64,000 bases of DNA. It comes from Octopus vulgaris. Lineage: Eukaryota. Below are positions 12,481-26,789 of this stretch, piece by piece. A model generated the notes under the pieces. That model was not told the origin of the DNA and made no database searches. It saw nothing but the letters and a program-made list of their open reading frames with translations. The stretch covers positions 98,146,001 to 98,210,000 of the forward strand of contig OX597816.1 in NCBI GenBank assembly GCA_951406725.2, in the 5' to 3' direction. A program made the position numbers and the translations under genes. Each line of letters opens with the position of its first letter. Position 1 is the first letter of the stretch.

Positions 12481-12998
12481 TTTTATAATTATATACATAA
12501 TTATTACAAGGTGTCAGCTTTATGCTTCGCCACGTACTGATAAGAAATAGACGATAAAGCCTTTTTTACTACCATAAAATCTCTGAGAAATAACACATTT
12601 TTAACGTAGGCAAAAGAAAAATGATGAACCAACAAGGCCGGTCAGTTATGATCACGTTTCGAACTTAAAGTAAAACATATTACTGTTTATCATGAGCATA
12701 ATTTTCCACATAAAGTTCCATATTTAAGAGATGAGGAATTATGTACATTATTTACATTAATTACATTTGACGGATATTTGTCTTCAAGATGAGGACAAAT
12801 ATCTGTCAAATGTAAATAATGCAAATAATGTAAATAATTCCATATAAATTCAAGAGTGTTTTTAAAATATGTTATTTGTAGGATATGTTATTTCTAGAGA
12901 TTTTATGGTAATAAAAAAACTTTAGCGTTTATTTGTTATCAGCACGTGGCGAAACATAAAGCTAACCCATTTTTATAATTCTACATATAATTATAAAA
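12481..12998. mobile_element. Foldback/MITE with ~120-bp imperfect inverted repeats containing a nested ~105-bp palindromic MITE (12736-12840)
   Basis: 12481-12600 is the reverse complement of ~12880-12998. Inner hairpin ggaattatgtacatt...ttgacggatatttgtcttca / tgaggacaaatatctgtcaa...aataattcc. Confidence 0.75.
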
Positions 12999-13003
12999 TA
13001 ACA

Positions 13004-13038
<35 letters not shown>

Positions 13039-13339
13039 TATAGAATTGAACACGTGGAACGATACATTCAGGGATGGATGTACATTGATTGACACTCCAA
13101 ACGTTTGCATCTCTTCAAAACAATCAAACAATTTTTAAAAGACGACAATGCCGTTGAATTAATTAGAATACACTCACACATCCATCTAATGAGCAGAACG
13201 AATGGAATTCCGCCCAGATATAATAGGTGTTCTACAAATATTATAAATAAATCAGTTCTGGCTGTTACATTAGCTGAGATCATAACTCACATTCCCGACT
13301 ATTTCTTCTCATCTATTGATTATCAGCGTGGCAATTACG

Positions 13340-13692
13340 AAAATGAACGATCATAATCATTATGATATTCAGCATTGTTACCATCATGATCATCATATTG
13401 AAGTGTAATGAAGATCATTACCGATATTATCCTAAATCGTCGATATCTCTCTACTTTTGTTCCTCCTCCTCCCCCTTCTTTGTCCACCTCATCATCATTA
13501 TCGTCACCATCATCATCATTATCATCTTCCTCATCATCATCGGTAAAATTATTATCGTTATCATCGAGAACGACATTGTTGTAATGGTTGTTGTCTTTGC
13601 CAATCACATAGCATAGTCATCGTCGTCATCATCTTCTCCTCATCATCATCATCATCTTCATTGTCGTTGTCGCTGTCGTCATCATCATCACA
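13340..13692. repeat. Degenerate (ATC)n trinucleotide tract
   Basis: Visible; gives the poly-D and poly-I ORFs. Confidence 0.85.
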
Positions 13693-14066
13693 GTTACATT
13701 AGTACAATGATTGCTAGCGGAGTTGTTAAGGTTGAATTATTCTTCTATTGAGTGATGCTGGATGTGTCTAAATCCAAGACTTTTGAAATTTTATAACCAG
13801 ATATATATAGTTTATGTCGCAATATTTAATACGAGATATTATACAACATATCAACAAGAGGATGTTTGTTTCGTAGGTAACATAGAGTTGCACACACACA
13901 CACACATACATACATACACACACGCACGCACACACACACACACATAGCCAAACACAAAAGCTGTCTCGTAGTCATGGATTTCCCTGGATGATTTGTTACA
14001 AAATAATACATGTCAACCTATAGAGTTGCAGATAAATATCATATATCTCGTTATATCAATGTCATA

Positions 14067-14280
<214 letters not shown>

Positions 14281-15361
14281 GTTAGTAATTTTAGCACAAA
14301 CTGATTTATGTCGTGTGGTAAATCCTGGTTATTGAAAGCACGCCTTTTAACCACATCCTATTCAGAATATACTTAATATTGTAAATATATACAAAATACA
14401 AAGGAAGATATGAAGAAAAAAAAGATGCTTTATAATAGATTGTCTATCGGCATAGACGTTGAGATTTCAGTTGTTTGTTCGACTGCAATTATATCTCATT
14501 AAATTAACACGTAAGGGGCTGAATCATTCAATGCCACGGATGATTTAATTTCAACGATGCATGAACTTGACCGAATATCTGGCAAGTTGGTCCTGCCGAC
14601 ATGTTTCAAATTTCTTTTACAATGTTTTCTCAAGATGCTACACACCGGATCGAACTTAGAAACTCATGGTAGCCAGGGAGATTTCTTGCTTTAGTAGTTT
14701 AAAGATGATTCGGGTCAACGAGGAAGCTTCAATGAAAGGTCATTTGAGCTGCTAAAAATTGCAGGCAAATCTCGTTCAGTAATCCCAAGACTTTAATAAA
14801 AGTAAAGCAGATTATTGGATAATGATATATAAAAACAAAACAAATGAATATAATACAAAGCGGAAAATAAAGAAAGGATGGTCATGGTTGGAATGCACTT
14901 AAATATCTGCTTGAATATAGGCTGGAAGTAAAACTAAAAGAACCAAAAGAAATATAAGAAGATAAATCTCAAAAGAAAAGCTTAAAAGAAACCAGCAACG
15001 TACAAACGTTACTATACATACACGAAATAATTCGATACTTCCACAAGATCTATAAAATAACTACGAATTTCTTAAGAATTCCTATATTTGATGGTTCTAC
15101 TCTTTCTTTATTGTTTATATTTCTTGCCTTTGAGCTAAAATTTTATACCATTCAAACTGCAAAGATTGTATAGTTTGTTTTGCCTAGGCTATATCCCAGT
15201 TTTACAACTTCTAAACAAATTATGGTTCATGGGAGGAGAATCAATTACTTTCATGTACTGTTATATGCTATATGATATTTATTTATATATCTTTTTGTCT
15301 CTCACACACTCTGCCTCTTTTTAATCTCTAACTCTCTCTTTCACTCTGCCTATGTATATAC

Positions 15362-15474
<113 letters not shown>

Positions 15475-15602
15475 TATATACGGATATTTAGACGTACATA
15501 CATATGTATATAAATATATATATATGTATATTTATATTTATACACACACACGTACATATATAAATATATCGATATAGAGAGAAAGATAGAATATACATAC
15601 GC

Positions 15603-15651
<49 letters not shown>

Positions 15652-16016
15652 TATATATGAATATTGTGCGTGCACATGCCGGCAATATATTTCTGTATGT
15701 CTAACAGTTTCTAATATTGATAATTATTGATCTCTCTGCCTATATTTCTCATAGCTTTCTACCAATATTGTTTACCTCGTACTGTATTATTACATTTCCT
15801 CTTCTATATAAAATATTTTTGAAAAGTCTCTCCGGTTTTTCTTCTGTCATAACCTCTCATTCATTTTCTTTTTTCTCTCTACAGTTTATCTGCAATTCAG
15901 TCCATGTATGTTGATTTATCTCTCTCGCTATTTATCTATCTTTCTATTTATCTATTAATCTATCCGTCTTGTCTCATTCCCTCCCGTTCCATTACAGACA
16001 CTCGCTCTCTGTTTCA

Positions 16017-16103
<87 letters not shown>

Positions 16104-16275
16104 AATGTCTGTATATATATATATATATATATATATGAATGTATGTATATAAATATCTATGTATATATATATATATACATATGTATGAATGTATATATAT
16201 TTTTTTTATGTGTATATACATATGCATATAGATATAAAATGTTTATGAAGTATACATGAATGTATCTAATAATGC

Positions 16276-16313
<38 letters not shown>

Positions 16314-17249
16314 ACGTGCGTGCGTGTGTGTGTATGTGTATTCGTGTGTGAGCGTATGTGCGTATAAGTGTATGTGTGGATAAGAGTACTCACTGAAGAC
16401 CTCACACACTACATATAGATCTTTAAATTGATTTCCGAAACATAAATTAAATCAATTGAGAATAATAACTTTGTGTGAAATATTAAAAAAATATGAAATA
16501 AAAGCAATTTCATATATTAAATGGAAAAATGGAAACATATCTTTATATATCATCTCATTAATAAAGATGTGATGAGGAAATTCTGTAATATCTTCTGAGG
16601 TGGATTATAAGTATTTTTTCGTTATTTCTTCGTTTACGTCTTTATTTTGTCTAAAATTGTTATATGAAGCGATTGCAACGGAAATATCTAAGGAATCAAT
16701 AAAGGAAATATCTAAGAAAAATGCATATAATCTATTTATCTTGTTTCCTTGTTACGCTTGAAAAAATGTAATGTAGTATATGATGTATGTTGGTTTGTAA
16801 TGCTTTCTGACAGATGTGTCAATAATTCATTTCCCTTTACAACATTTAAGATTTAGTAGAATCAATTACAGCTGAAGTGATATATCAATTAAAAGTTCGA
16901 TGTGTCGAAGTTAATAATACATAAAAGAACAAAATATCCAACAAAAAAGAAACGAAATAAAATAACCAAATAGTCCGGTAAGAAACAGCAGACAACCATC
17001 TCAATGGTATTTTCATATTAATGTTTTTACAATATATCAGTAGATGGTGGACTGAGTTCGCGACAAGTTTGTAAATCAACATTTAAAAGTAATTCACATC
17101 AGTTACGCTTCTTACCCCAAAATCATGAACATCAAAAAATCACCTCTCCCTTTGAGAATATATATGTGTGCATGTATGTGCGCACGCACTCACACGTATG
17201 CATATGTAAGTATGTATGTATGTATTATGTAAGTATGTATGTATATGTT

Positions 17250-17304
<55 letters not shown>

Positions 17305-17450
17305 ATTTCAAACTTACAGAAAAACTAAAGACGAAGACAGGTGTAGGAACAACAAGCAAGTTTATTAGTTTGACGCTCGGGAAAAATGGAAAAGCATTTT
17401 ATGTTTCGAACTTATGCTCTTCGACAGAAACGATTACGTGGAAATAAGTT
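17305..17450 (-). mobile_element. Inverted Penelope terminal-repeat fragment with a degenerate hammerhead
   Basis: Reverse complement CGTTT-CTGTCGA-A-GAGC-ataa-GTTC-GAAACATA has the same architecture as 2258-2292, and it lies immediately 5' of a plus-strand Penelope RT. Confidence 0.55.
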
Positions 17451-17459
17451 TGATGGTCC

Positions 17460-18900
17460 AACATAACAATTTATGTTCAGGTATAAAAAAAACCAATTTT
17501 ACACTAATCTGATGTCTAACTCTATACTTTTGTAGAGTACAAATTTTTTAACACAATCTTCAACACACACACACATACACACAAAATATTGCTTTAAACA
17601 ATATAAACGCTACTGCCAAAGAAATATCAGCTAAACTTAAAATAGAAGTTAGAGACAGTACATTAACACCAAAATACCCATACATTACCATGAAAGACTA
17701 GAAACAAAACTTCAATACTAACTCATCCGTCAAACTTATAAATCCTTTCGAAATCTGATATAGGCATCTTTAATGAAGAAACGAAATAATTGGCAAATGC
17801 ACACCAAAAATAAAAACAAGATCAACACTAATTCTCTGGAATAAGAATTACGAATTAATAGATTGGTTCAAGAAAATTCCAACAAAAGCGCATGCCATTT
17901 ATTCCAGTTTCACCTAAAATACTATTGTGCGTCAAATACAAATCTTATTCTTATTTATATGTTGAACTTTGCTAAAACTACTACTACAATGAAGGACACT
18001 GAAATAGAATCAGTATTACAATATTAATAGCTGCTCCTTCACGACAATGGTTTCCGGATTGAACACTCATGAGATGAGATCAAAAGTTTCAGCAGAGATA
18101 AACGACATCATGGGTTTTACATATTAAAGAAATTACACAAGAAATGTCTATGCGACTCATCTAGTCTATATTGGGACAACGGTCTACTCGTACTAAATAA
18201 CTACAACCAACAAGAGACTGATAAATGTAATGCGGGGCTACATGACTTCTTCAAAGCACTTATCTATAAACCGTACAAGAAAGATAGCAAAAATATTCGG
18301 TATATACATAAACGATCCAACCACTCTAAAGGTTTTATCAAAAACCTAGTAAAAGGCATTTCTCTCAGACTTTCCTTATCTTCAAATGACAAAATATTAA
18401 ACAATATAATAACTCCATATAACGAAGCTCTCGATAATAGAGGTTACAAGGAAAAAGTACAATATGTGAGCAACAATCCTCTCACAATAAAGAAAATACG
18501 TACGAATAAAAATAAACAAATTATTTAATATAATCCTAAATCAACATACAACTCTCTATACTAATAATTAAATTATTTTATCAAAATACAGCAGAAACAC
18601 TTCTATCCAAACCACAAGTATGACAAACTAATAAAGAAACACAAAGTAAAGCTGTCATACTTCACTACCATCACTTTTGGAAAATCCGTATCCAACTACA
18701 AATGCCACAAAGTGTCTAAAAGTGTCTAAACCACACGGACACACACACACACACACAATCAGGCACATGCAGACACAGTAATATTTGCAATTGTAGAAAA
18801 CCTACATCCTGCCTCTAGAAGAAAACTGCCTCCCAAGAAATATCATGTATAGAGCAACGATAATCCAATCCTGACAGCAACTACTATAGGATCTACGGCC
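17460..18900 (+). mobile_element. Degraded Penelope-like element (RT plus start of GIY-YIG)
   Basis: KLINP-KSDIG, ELIDWFKKIP, SLYWDNGL (cf. GLYRDDGL), YKPYKK...IHKRSNH, PYNEALDNRGYKEKVQY, KHFYPNHKY-K...KVKLSY, CNCRK...CLPRNIMYRAT, YYIGS. Confidence 0.85.
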
Positions 18901-19480
18901 TTGGCGTTGCAGGTTGTGCAGTTGGTGTCTTCCACAAACACGCCCCACGCATAGTAATCCATGGGATTTTAATCGGGCGAATTAGGACGGAAATTATATT
19001 TGGTGAAGTAGAAATTCTACGAGAACCATTTCTGATCTTTCCGAAGATATAGTAAAACCCGAATCACGCTGATATGACTTTCCAGCCACAACTCTCTCCA
19101 CTCCACTAGACGATTGACCTCAGTCTCCAACAGCTTCACTTGCCGTGTGAATTGACCCTAAACCCCTTCAAATATCTGTGGAAGAATTCTGCGCGCAGAG
19201 GCAGGCAAAAGTTTAAACTCGTCCATATCACATCTTACAACCTTTACAGTGTTCACAGAATATTGAGCAGCAGTCATAATATCGGCATTCGATATTCGGT
19301 GTGAATCATCATGACAGGTAATTCTTATCTAATATCCAGATGACTTCCAGTCTTCTATATTGACTAAGTGTTTCTTTTACAATCTTACTATTTATGCTCT
19401 CGAACGCCTTTGACTGTTTACCAATACTTCAAAATTCTCTTGAAAAAAGGGCAACTGAATAATCATGAAATTTAGCCTGA
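18895..19480 (-). mobile_element. Tc1/mariner transposase remnant (catalytic C-terminus)
   Basis: Reverse complement reads QKWFS-NF...RPNSPD-NPMDYYAWG-F-EDTNCT-CN-KA (the WPPNSPDLNPxDY motif). Confidence 0.75.
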
Positions 19481-19509
19481 GAATCTTGTATACATATAGC
19501 ACTCATTGT

Positions 19510-19712
19510 CAATCACTTTTGCCGAACCATTGTTACAAGGATGTAAACGGACCAACACCGTTTGTTATGTGGTAGTGAGGGCAGACCAATGCCCAAGCAC
19601 ACACACACGCACCCCCCACACACATATCCGACGGGTTTTTTTGGTTTCCAACCACCAAATCGCTCTGAGACTATATCAAAAGACGCATGCCCAAGGTGTA
19701 CGTAATGGATCA
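19510..19712 (-). mobile_element. Degenerate SINE fragment
   Basis: ttgccgaacc...gtaaac...(CA)n...gacgggttttt...accaaatc...gcccaaggtg is collinear with 59641-60009. Confidence 0.5.
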
Positions 19713-21039
19713 GATGGTGGTTTTGAATATATTTGTGTGTCCCAGTATATATGTGTTTTTTTACCAGATTTTAAAAGAGGTGGTTGATATAGCTTGTCGT
19801 ACTCATTAATATTATAGGTGAAAGATCAAGTATTACACAAGCGTAGCCATGTTTTCAAATGCATTTATTCGTAAGTGCTACACTATGATGAATTTAATTA
19901 AATTTATTGGTATTTTTAACCTGATATTGAATGGTCAGTAGATATGTACGCTTTAATCACAGAAAAGCAGTCAATAATTGCGCATGTGATGGACAGAGTT
20001 AATTAAAACTTTATTCCGTTTAAAACGTAAGTGATATCGAGATTGATTGTAGCGGCTGTCATATCAAAACACTCAGGCATAACACAAAGTTCCATATCAG
20101 ATATATTTCAAACCATCCTAAATACGCTTGCATAAAATTGCTATTTTAGGCTCAAGAGTGTGTTCGAAAATGGTTGCATATTAAACTGTTTGAGACAAAG
20201 AGAAGCCATAGCATACTTTTTCATACTCCCAAGGCTTCGTGTGTGGAGACTATTTTACCATGTTTCAGAAAATGTTCACAACAATTCACTCCACATGCAT
20301 ACTTGATTACCGGGGAGAAAGAGTCGTAATTACGTTAAATGAAGTTTGCAAAATCATCTATTTTCTACAATTCTTCTTTCTAAGAGAAGAAACTAATAAA
20401 CAGTAATTAATATTTCGCTCTACAATGCTTTTTGTTTTTTATATCATAAGCCATAACCAGATTTTTATTCTCGTTTAAAATTGTTTCAGTTTAATTGTCA
20501 TATAATAATTGTGAACCGGGAAAACCATGCAAATTAAACTTCAAATTCTATTTTCATTACCAACTCAAATTTTGTTAAGATATATTATGCGTTATTGTAG
20601 ATTAACTAGAAATAACGAAAATAAGCTAACGGCAACCAGGGAGAGTGATATGAATTCAATAACCAGCTGCAACTAATTACAACCCACCTTTAGTGAACCG
20701 TGTAAATGCTGAGTAGGTAAGTTAATTTGATTATTTACTTAACCATGAGATCAAATCGAGGACATATGTGTCACTGTTAATCTAAGGAGAGCACGTTATC
20801 AAATTATTTTATTGATAGACAGCCGCCTGTACTGGTATGCTGTATCAAATAGCCTCTCGTCGTATCCAAATATAAATTTATTCCTGAAATGCAACTACCA
20901 TACACTTGTACATAAATGCAAGAATACATTTAGAATACATTTGAAAAAGATGTAAATACTTTGAATTATCCATATTCAATTACAGAGACTAGATGTATCA
21001 GGAAGTAGTCTGAGTTTATAATGCAGCCACGTAGTCGGC

Positions 21040-23250
21040 CAAAGCTTATTATATTTTGAGACACATGTTAATGATTTTGGGAAATGCCTCAGGACACACA
21101 GATTTATACAGGTCTGATATAAATACGGTATATTTTTCAAGTATTGACTTAACTTTTTTGACGCATAACATGCATAAATATCTGCAATTTCCTTCTACAA
21201 AGTTAGATATTTTGTGTACCTATCCTCGTTGGTGATAAAAGATGCAGATCGCAAAAATAAGGCTGCTCCAGAACCCATCTGTTGGAGGGATTGTAATTAT
21301 TTTTTATTAATCTTAATTGTTATTCGATTAACATCAGTGAAGTTGGCAAAAGAAAGCTTCGGGCTATTTCTTTTTTTTTTTTTTTTTTTTGGTGAGAATG
21401 AAATTATGGGTCTGGTAGGTAAAGTACTATAGACATTAGTGTATTAGTTCAGGCTAAAAATTTCTCGTCTAAACTGTATCAAAGTAGTTTATTGATTTGA
21501 AATGGAATGGAAAAAGACAGATTTGAATATATACGTAGAAGCATGGCGCATCGAAGCAGATGATGCAAAATATTCAATACGCCGATGTAACATGTGCATC
21601 ACTGGATCGAAATAATGTAAACACAGACAAGTGTCGTCATACCATGCAACTAATGATTTCATTTGTTGTATATAGGGCCCACTTGTAAACGGTTCAACTG
21701 GATATGATAGACTGACATATTATATTATTAATCGACTTGGAATAATGTATAGTTGTTTTTACTCTACATCACTAAAAGAAAGTCACACTGAAGCAAAGTA
21801 CATGAAAGAAACATTGTGTAAACAACTCACACTGATTGGCTAATTGTTGTACATGAAGTACGAACTGAAATTTGTGATACATATTTTATATAAACCAAGA
21901 TTTGCCTTGGTATGGAGTATTTCAAATTCGGTGACCCAATTTCACATGGATGCACACATAGTACACCCGCGTTTATTAAAATTACCAGTAATAATATACA
22001 TTTTCGTGATTTTTCTTAAATTGAAAGTGTAAGAAGGCAACCATTTTCCGGTAGTGATTTTTGTGAATGCCCCAAATTAGGCAGAACGAAGCAGTTCGCT
22101 TGTATGTATTATAATCACAATTTTACTTACATCTTGACAGTTCTGTAGATGGTGATTAGGCATACGAATATATCAGGATCTTCCGGGATACACATACGTT
22201 CCGGAGATGTTGGTTCTGAACACTTCATGAGGATTTACTTATTATGTTTATGTCTGTAATCACAATATTATGTATGTCATAAGCTCCGACAAGGAATTAG
22301 ACCGTAATACTGTAGGTGTCAGATAATTTCTTCTTTGTATGCTTATTATGGTAAATCCAAAGTCTAAATTTTGGTGCCGGGTAATTTCATTGCAATTTAA
22401 ATACATAATGAAACGTGTAATTTCATCGCCAAGCAAATATATCGTCAGTAAATTCTTCATGATTTTTCCTATGCATAATATAATTTTCCATCTAAACATT
22501 ATGCAAATATTGACATCCTCGTGTTGCATTTTTCTTAACGGTGAAAGTGAAATTTGAAGACGAAAAACATTATCCAATTTATTCAATAAATTCCAAGGAA
22601 AATTAATCGAAAACTCTATTAAAAATATATACACAAAATATAGAGTAACGCCTAGTCATTTCAAATCGAAAGAAGGAAAAATGAAAAAAATTCTAAAAAC
22701 ATGATTTTGTATTGATTCTTCCTATATTTTTCAGTGTTCGCATTCATTGATGATGTATTAATTTCTTATTACAATATAATTTTGTTTCCGCAATATAATA
22801 TTTATAACATCGCATTCTTTCTTTGTTGTTTCACTTTCCAAATCTTGCCAATTTCCAGATCTTAAGATAGCTAGCTCTGATACGTCTGGTTAATAGTGGA
22901 AGCAACCTTTCACATGTAGTATTTGCCTTAGGCTCACCTTTGCGTACAGCAAAACAGATCCAAATTCCATGATCATACTGAGCAAGTTAAAGTACCAGGT
23001 GACGTGCTGGCTTTCTAATCAACATTTCTTCTATATAATATAGAAATAGCTTGGCTCCGACGGGAAAACCAATACAATTGATGAATAAATTAGATTCAAT
23101 AAATGCAAATTTTAGAATATTCATTGCAACATTTTGATGTAAACCATTTGTTTTAATAGATTTAATTACACATTTGGAAGAATAAGAAACATCTAGTTTG
23201 ATCTGAAATTGAGAAAAATGCTCCCAACGCAATATCATCACAAAATCCAT
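21040..23250 (+). pseudogene. Pcdh: Decayed intronless protocadherin (EC1-EC6 and probable TM)
   Basis: One plus frame is mostly open over 21214-22557. Ordered motifs: ETHVNDFGKCLRT; APEPICWRDCNYF..VIR (EC1 DAESLC...CF); FGENE; EGNHFPVVIFVNA; IRIYQDLPGYTYVPEMLVLNTS*G (22162); YVISSDKELDRNT (22273, cf. LDRE); LKIASSD..KQPFT; QVKVPGDVLA. Confidence 0.6.
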
Positions 23251-24867
23251 CGCAATCATATTATATAAGTTTAGCCCTAAAGTTTCCTCATCTCAGGAAA
23301 TCCTCCTACATGCTCATTAAAGCATGACAAGAAGCAACACATCGCCATTCACCGTGATATTGCACATCGTGTATAGCTGATTGAATGAAACCCAATCTAC
23401 ATTAGAACATTTCGCATTGTACAGAAATTATAGGATTGTTTGAGTTAGAACTGAAATAATTCTGTCTGAGTCATCATCACTGTGGAATGGAACAAAATAT
23501 GAGGTGAAAAATGTTGAGGTATTCAGAGCTGGTGTAAATTCAGGAAGAGCATGTATTTACAAATTACATTTCGAATTTCCCTTTTTCTGAGCATATATTG
23601 TAAGTAGCTCATTCACAACTGCTTTTGGACAATGGAACTTAATAATGCAATGATGTGTTTCCCAAATTATGAGGGATTTAATTCAGTCAAATTTATAGTT
23701 TCGTGGCTTCAATAGGGTAAACTTTTGCCTGCTTAATTATATTTTCCAATACGTTTCGGTATATTTTGTTACATTTAGAAATACCCTTCCTTTTCAAACA
23801 TCAAATGATCACAATGAATGAGTATTATTTTTAAAGTTTATTCACTTGTGACATTGGAGAGCTAATTTCGTAACGCTTCTAGTTCGAGAAAAATGGCAAA
23901 ATATTTCGTTCAATAGCAACACTAGGAACACTAATAACAATGCCAAAAACCGAAAATGGTGCATAATGGTGAAGTATTTATGCACGATCTACTTACTTAC
24001 GCTGTAACATCATCGCGATCGCATAGCAAGGTGATAAAATGTCATATGTGTTTTGTTACAAAGTTACTCGGAATGACTTTTCCATGATATATTCGCTGCA
24101 AATCAATCTTAATTTAATGTCTTACTCAATAAACGTTATTAATAATCTTGTCTTTGATAGAAATTAAAATAACCTATTCAGATATAAAATGAAAATTAGT
24201 TTATACAATTTCTTTAAAACATTCAAATAATATACACATGTCAATTTTAATGTAAAATTATGACAAATTTCTATAAAATACTTATTACAGATGGTTATGC
24301 ATGATTTTTTTACTTTATATACACAATAGATTGGTAAGCTACTGCACAGATAGCTTTGGAAGTTTACTGTCCAAGTTCACCATCATTCAAGGGAACTAAA
24401 TTATAAATGTCGTTAGATATATATGGCCTAATATTATTAAGCTACTATTTATCCTTGCTTTTATGTTTCATGCTAGCCATAAGAGAGATCTTCAACAACA
24501 ACAGCGTCACGAACAATGATGTAACGTTAACATTGTCTGTGATCATTTATATTAGAATGTTCCGATGATATCATTCAGGCGGTGCTTCTGGTTTGAATGG
24601 AGCAAGTTGTCAACATTCCAACTGAAATGCTTTTTAAAAGATTTAGTCCTATTGTTTAGTTTTACCAAGTATTAATATCACAGGTGTGTTTAGGAAAAAG
24701 AAAGAAAGAATAGAATATGTGTGGAGGAAAAGCGTTTCAGTTGCATAACCATTGTTCAACATCGTCATCATCATCATCATCAGCAGCAGCAGCAGTAGAG
24801 GTTACGATAGCAGCGGAAGCAATGGAAGTAGCAGCAGCAACAGCAGTAACAGCTACAACCACAACAC

Positions 24868-24897
<30 letters not shown>

Positions 24898-24898
<1 letters not shown>

Positions 24899-25404
24899 GA
24901 CGTTGCATAGTATAAAATATCGTGAGGTTGTTGATTGAAGATATTGTGTCTACCGGGAGTTTGTCAAGTCACAGCGAGGACTTCGGACAGACAGTACTTT
25001 ACGCAATATGCATGCAGTTCCTATTATTATTATTATTCTATGTTTGACTTTTGCTTTATGTCTGTAGAAGTTGGCTCCAAGTCTCACCCAGAGACCTCAA
25101 GAGACAACAGGTTGGAAGTTCTGTGCCATATATTTGGGTTTTTTTTTTTTTTTGGTGTTGTACTAGTGAATGTCTAATACATAAAAATGGCTAATGCATT
25201 GATCGCTTCGGCATTAGCCATACCAGTCGTGACTTACAGTTTCAATATTGTTAACTGGTCAATTACTGAAATATGTCAATGACCAACAACTCAAGGGCTT
25301 ACTAGCGATAGTCAAACAATTCAGTGACGACATCAGAATGCAATTCGGTCTCGATAAATGTGCAAAAGCTACCTTTATCAAAGGAAAAATGACAGAAACA
25401 TCTA

Positions 25405-25437
<33 letters not shown>

Positions 25438-25760
25438 TAGTTTTATTTTTATTTTTATAGCGTGCTTTCACTTCACTATCGAGCGCAGCTCTGTGCGCCT
25501 TGGGTATGTGCTGTGATTTGTTGTGATGCTCTGATGGTTATTGTATGGAAAGTGTTCTGCGTAGGATGTGTGCAGTGCCTAGTAGTGCAATTTTCTGTAT
25601 GTTATATGGTGTTTTTGTTATGTATTTGTCTGAATATTTTTTTATCATGCCTAATGCACCTACTATGATAGGAATTGTTTCTGTTTTCAGATTACACATT
25701 CTAGTTACCTCTATTTCCAGGTCTTTGTATTTTGAGAGTTTATTATTATTATTATTATTA

Positions 25761-25843
<83 letters not shown>

Positions 25844-26670
25844 GTTGTTGTTGTTTTCAGTATTCTTATATGTTTGACATTTGCTTTGTATTTGTACAAG
25901 TTGACTCCACGTCCCACCCACAGACCTCAAGAGACAAATTAGAAGTTCAATTTGGTGCTATGCCTGGGATGTCATATTTGGTTTTGAACATAGTTTTGTT
26001 CTAGATAATGTTTAAGAAAACATGAGGACTATGAGTTTGTTTAAAATTGGAGATTACATAGACAGTATCTTTTGAATTTCTGCCATTTTAGGGTTTGTTG
26101 GTGACTGAGCCTGGTATGAATCAGCCGTTTTGCTATCATTCCTAGGGCAGCTATGATAACAGGTATACATAAACAGGTATGCATAGATTGGAAAATGCCA
26201 GAGGATTTTGCTTTTTCCGTGGTAGTAGTTTCAGGTCCATCATGTAACTGATCCCTTGCAAATTTGCAAGCTTCCTTGAGAAGAGAATGCCATTTCTGTT
26301 TTGCTGCTTTCGTGTTTGCACACAAGCCGAAGCAGCCAATCCTCTGCATGAGATAAGCATTTGTTCATTGCCATTGTGAAGACCTTAGAACATAATTCTA
26401 CCTGCTTCATTCATTTTCTCCCATTACGTCTTGGTAGGAACAGGCATTCAACGTCTGCTTTTGGGTGGTGCATGTTCTTAGATGCTTGTAGTTTTCTTGT
26501 CTTCCTGTCCCGGCGTTGAAGTTCTGTAATATTTCAGTTAATCATGTTAAAACTGTATTGGCCTAATGGAAGTAGCTTCGATGCGATATTTGGCGTTGAC
26601 TTTAGCTTTTTTTTAATATGAGTCGTATTGTTCTGTATTATTCCTTTCGTATTCTTTTCCTTCGCATTAT
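24898..26670. mobile_element. Cluster of R4/Dong-type (RLE) non-LTR fragments embedded in (TAA)n arrays
   Basis: Minus: GTACILRKVL (~25020-24990); KLSKYKDLEIEVTRM..ETIPIIVGALG..IQKIALLGTAHILRRTL (25740-25538); RKTRK..NMHHPKADVE (~26510-26450). Plus: LAIPVVTYSFNIVNW and VKQFSDDIRMQFGLDKCAK (25215-25400). Confidence 0.85.
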
Positions 26671-26701
26671 CATGTTGTTATGGTTGTTGTTGTTGGTGGT
26701 G

Positions 26702-26788
<87 letters not shown>

Positions 26789-26789
26789 G

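Noticed and set aside
13030-13340. Possible Penelope GIY-YIG and terminal remnant on the minus strand
   Set aside because: Only a faint CNSQN-like hint; too degraded to support.
13335-13607. Acidic poly-Asp ORF
   Set aside because: Translation of an (ATC)n repeat.
21490-21720. Minus-strand FDPVMHMLH resembling a hemocyanin/tyrosinase CuB site
   Set aside because: No other copper-binding motifs; it is antisense to the Pcdh remnant.
21000-23800. Minus-strand ORFs (22260..22634, 22987..23259) first read as an ionotropic glutamate receptor pseudogene
   Set aside because: Motif spacing was inconsistent; the plus strand fits protocadherin better, and these are probably antisense shadow frames.
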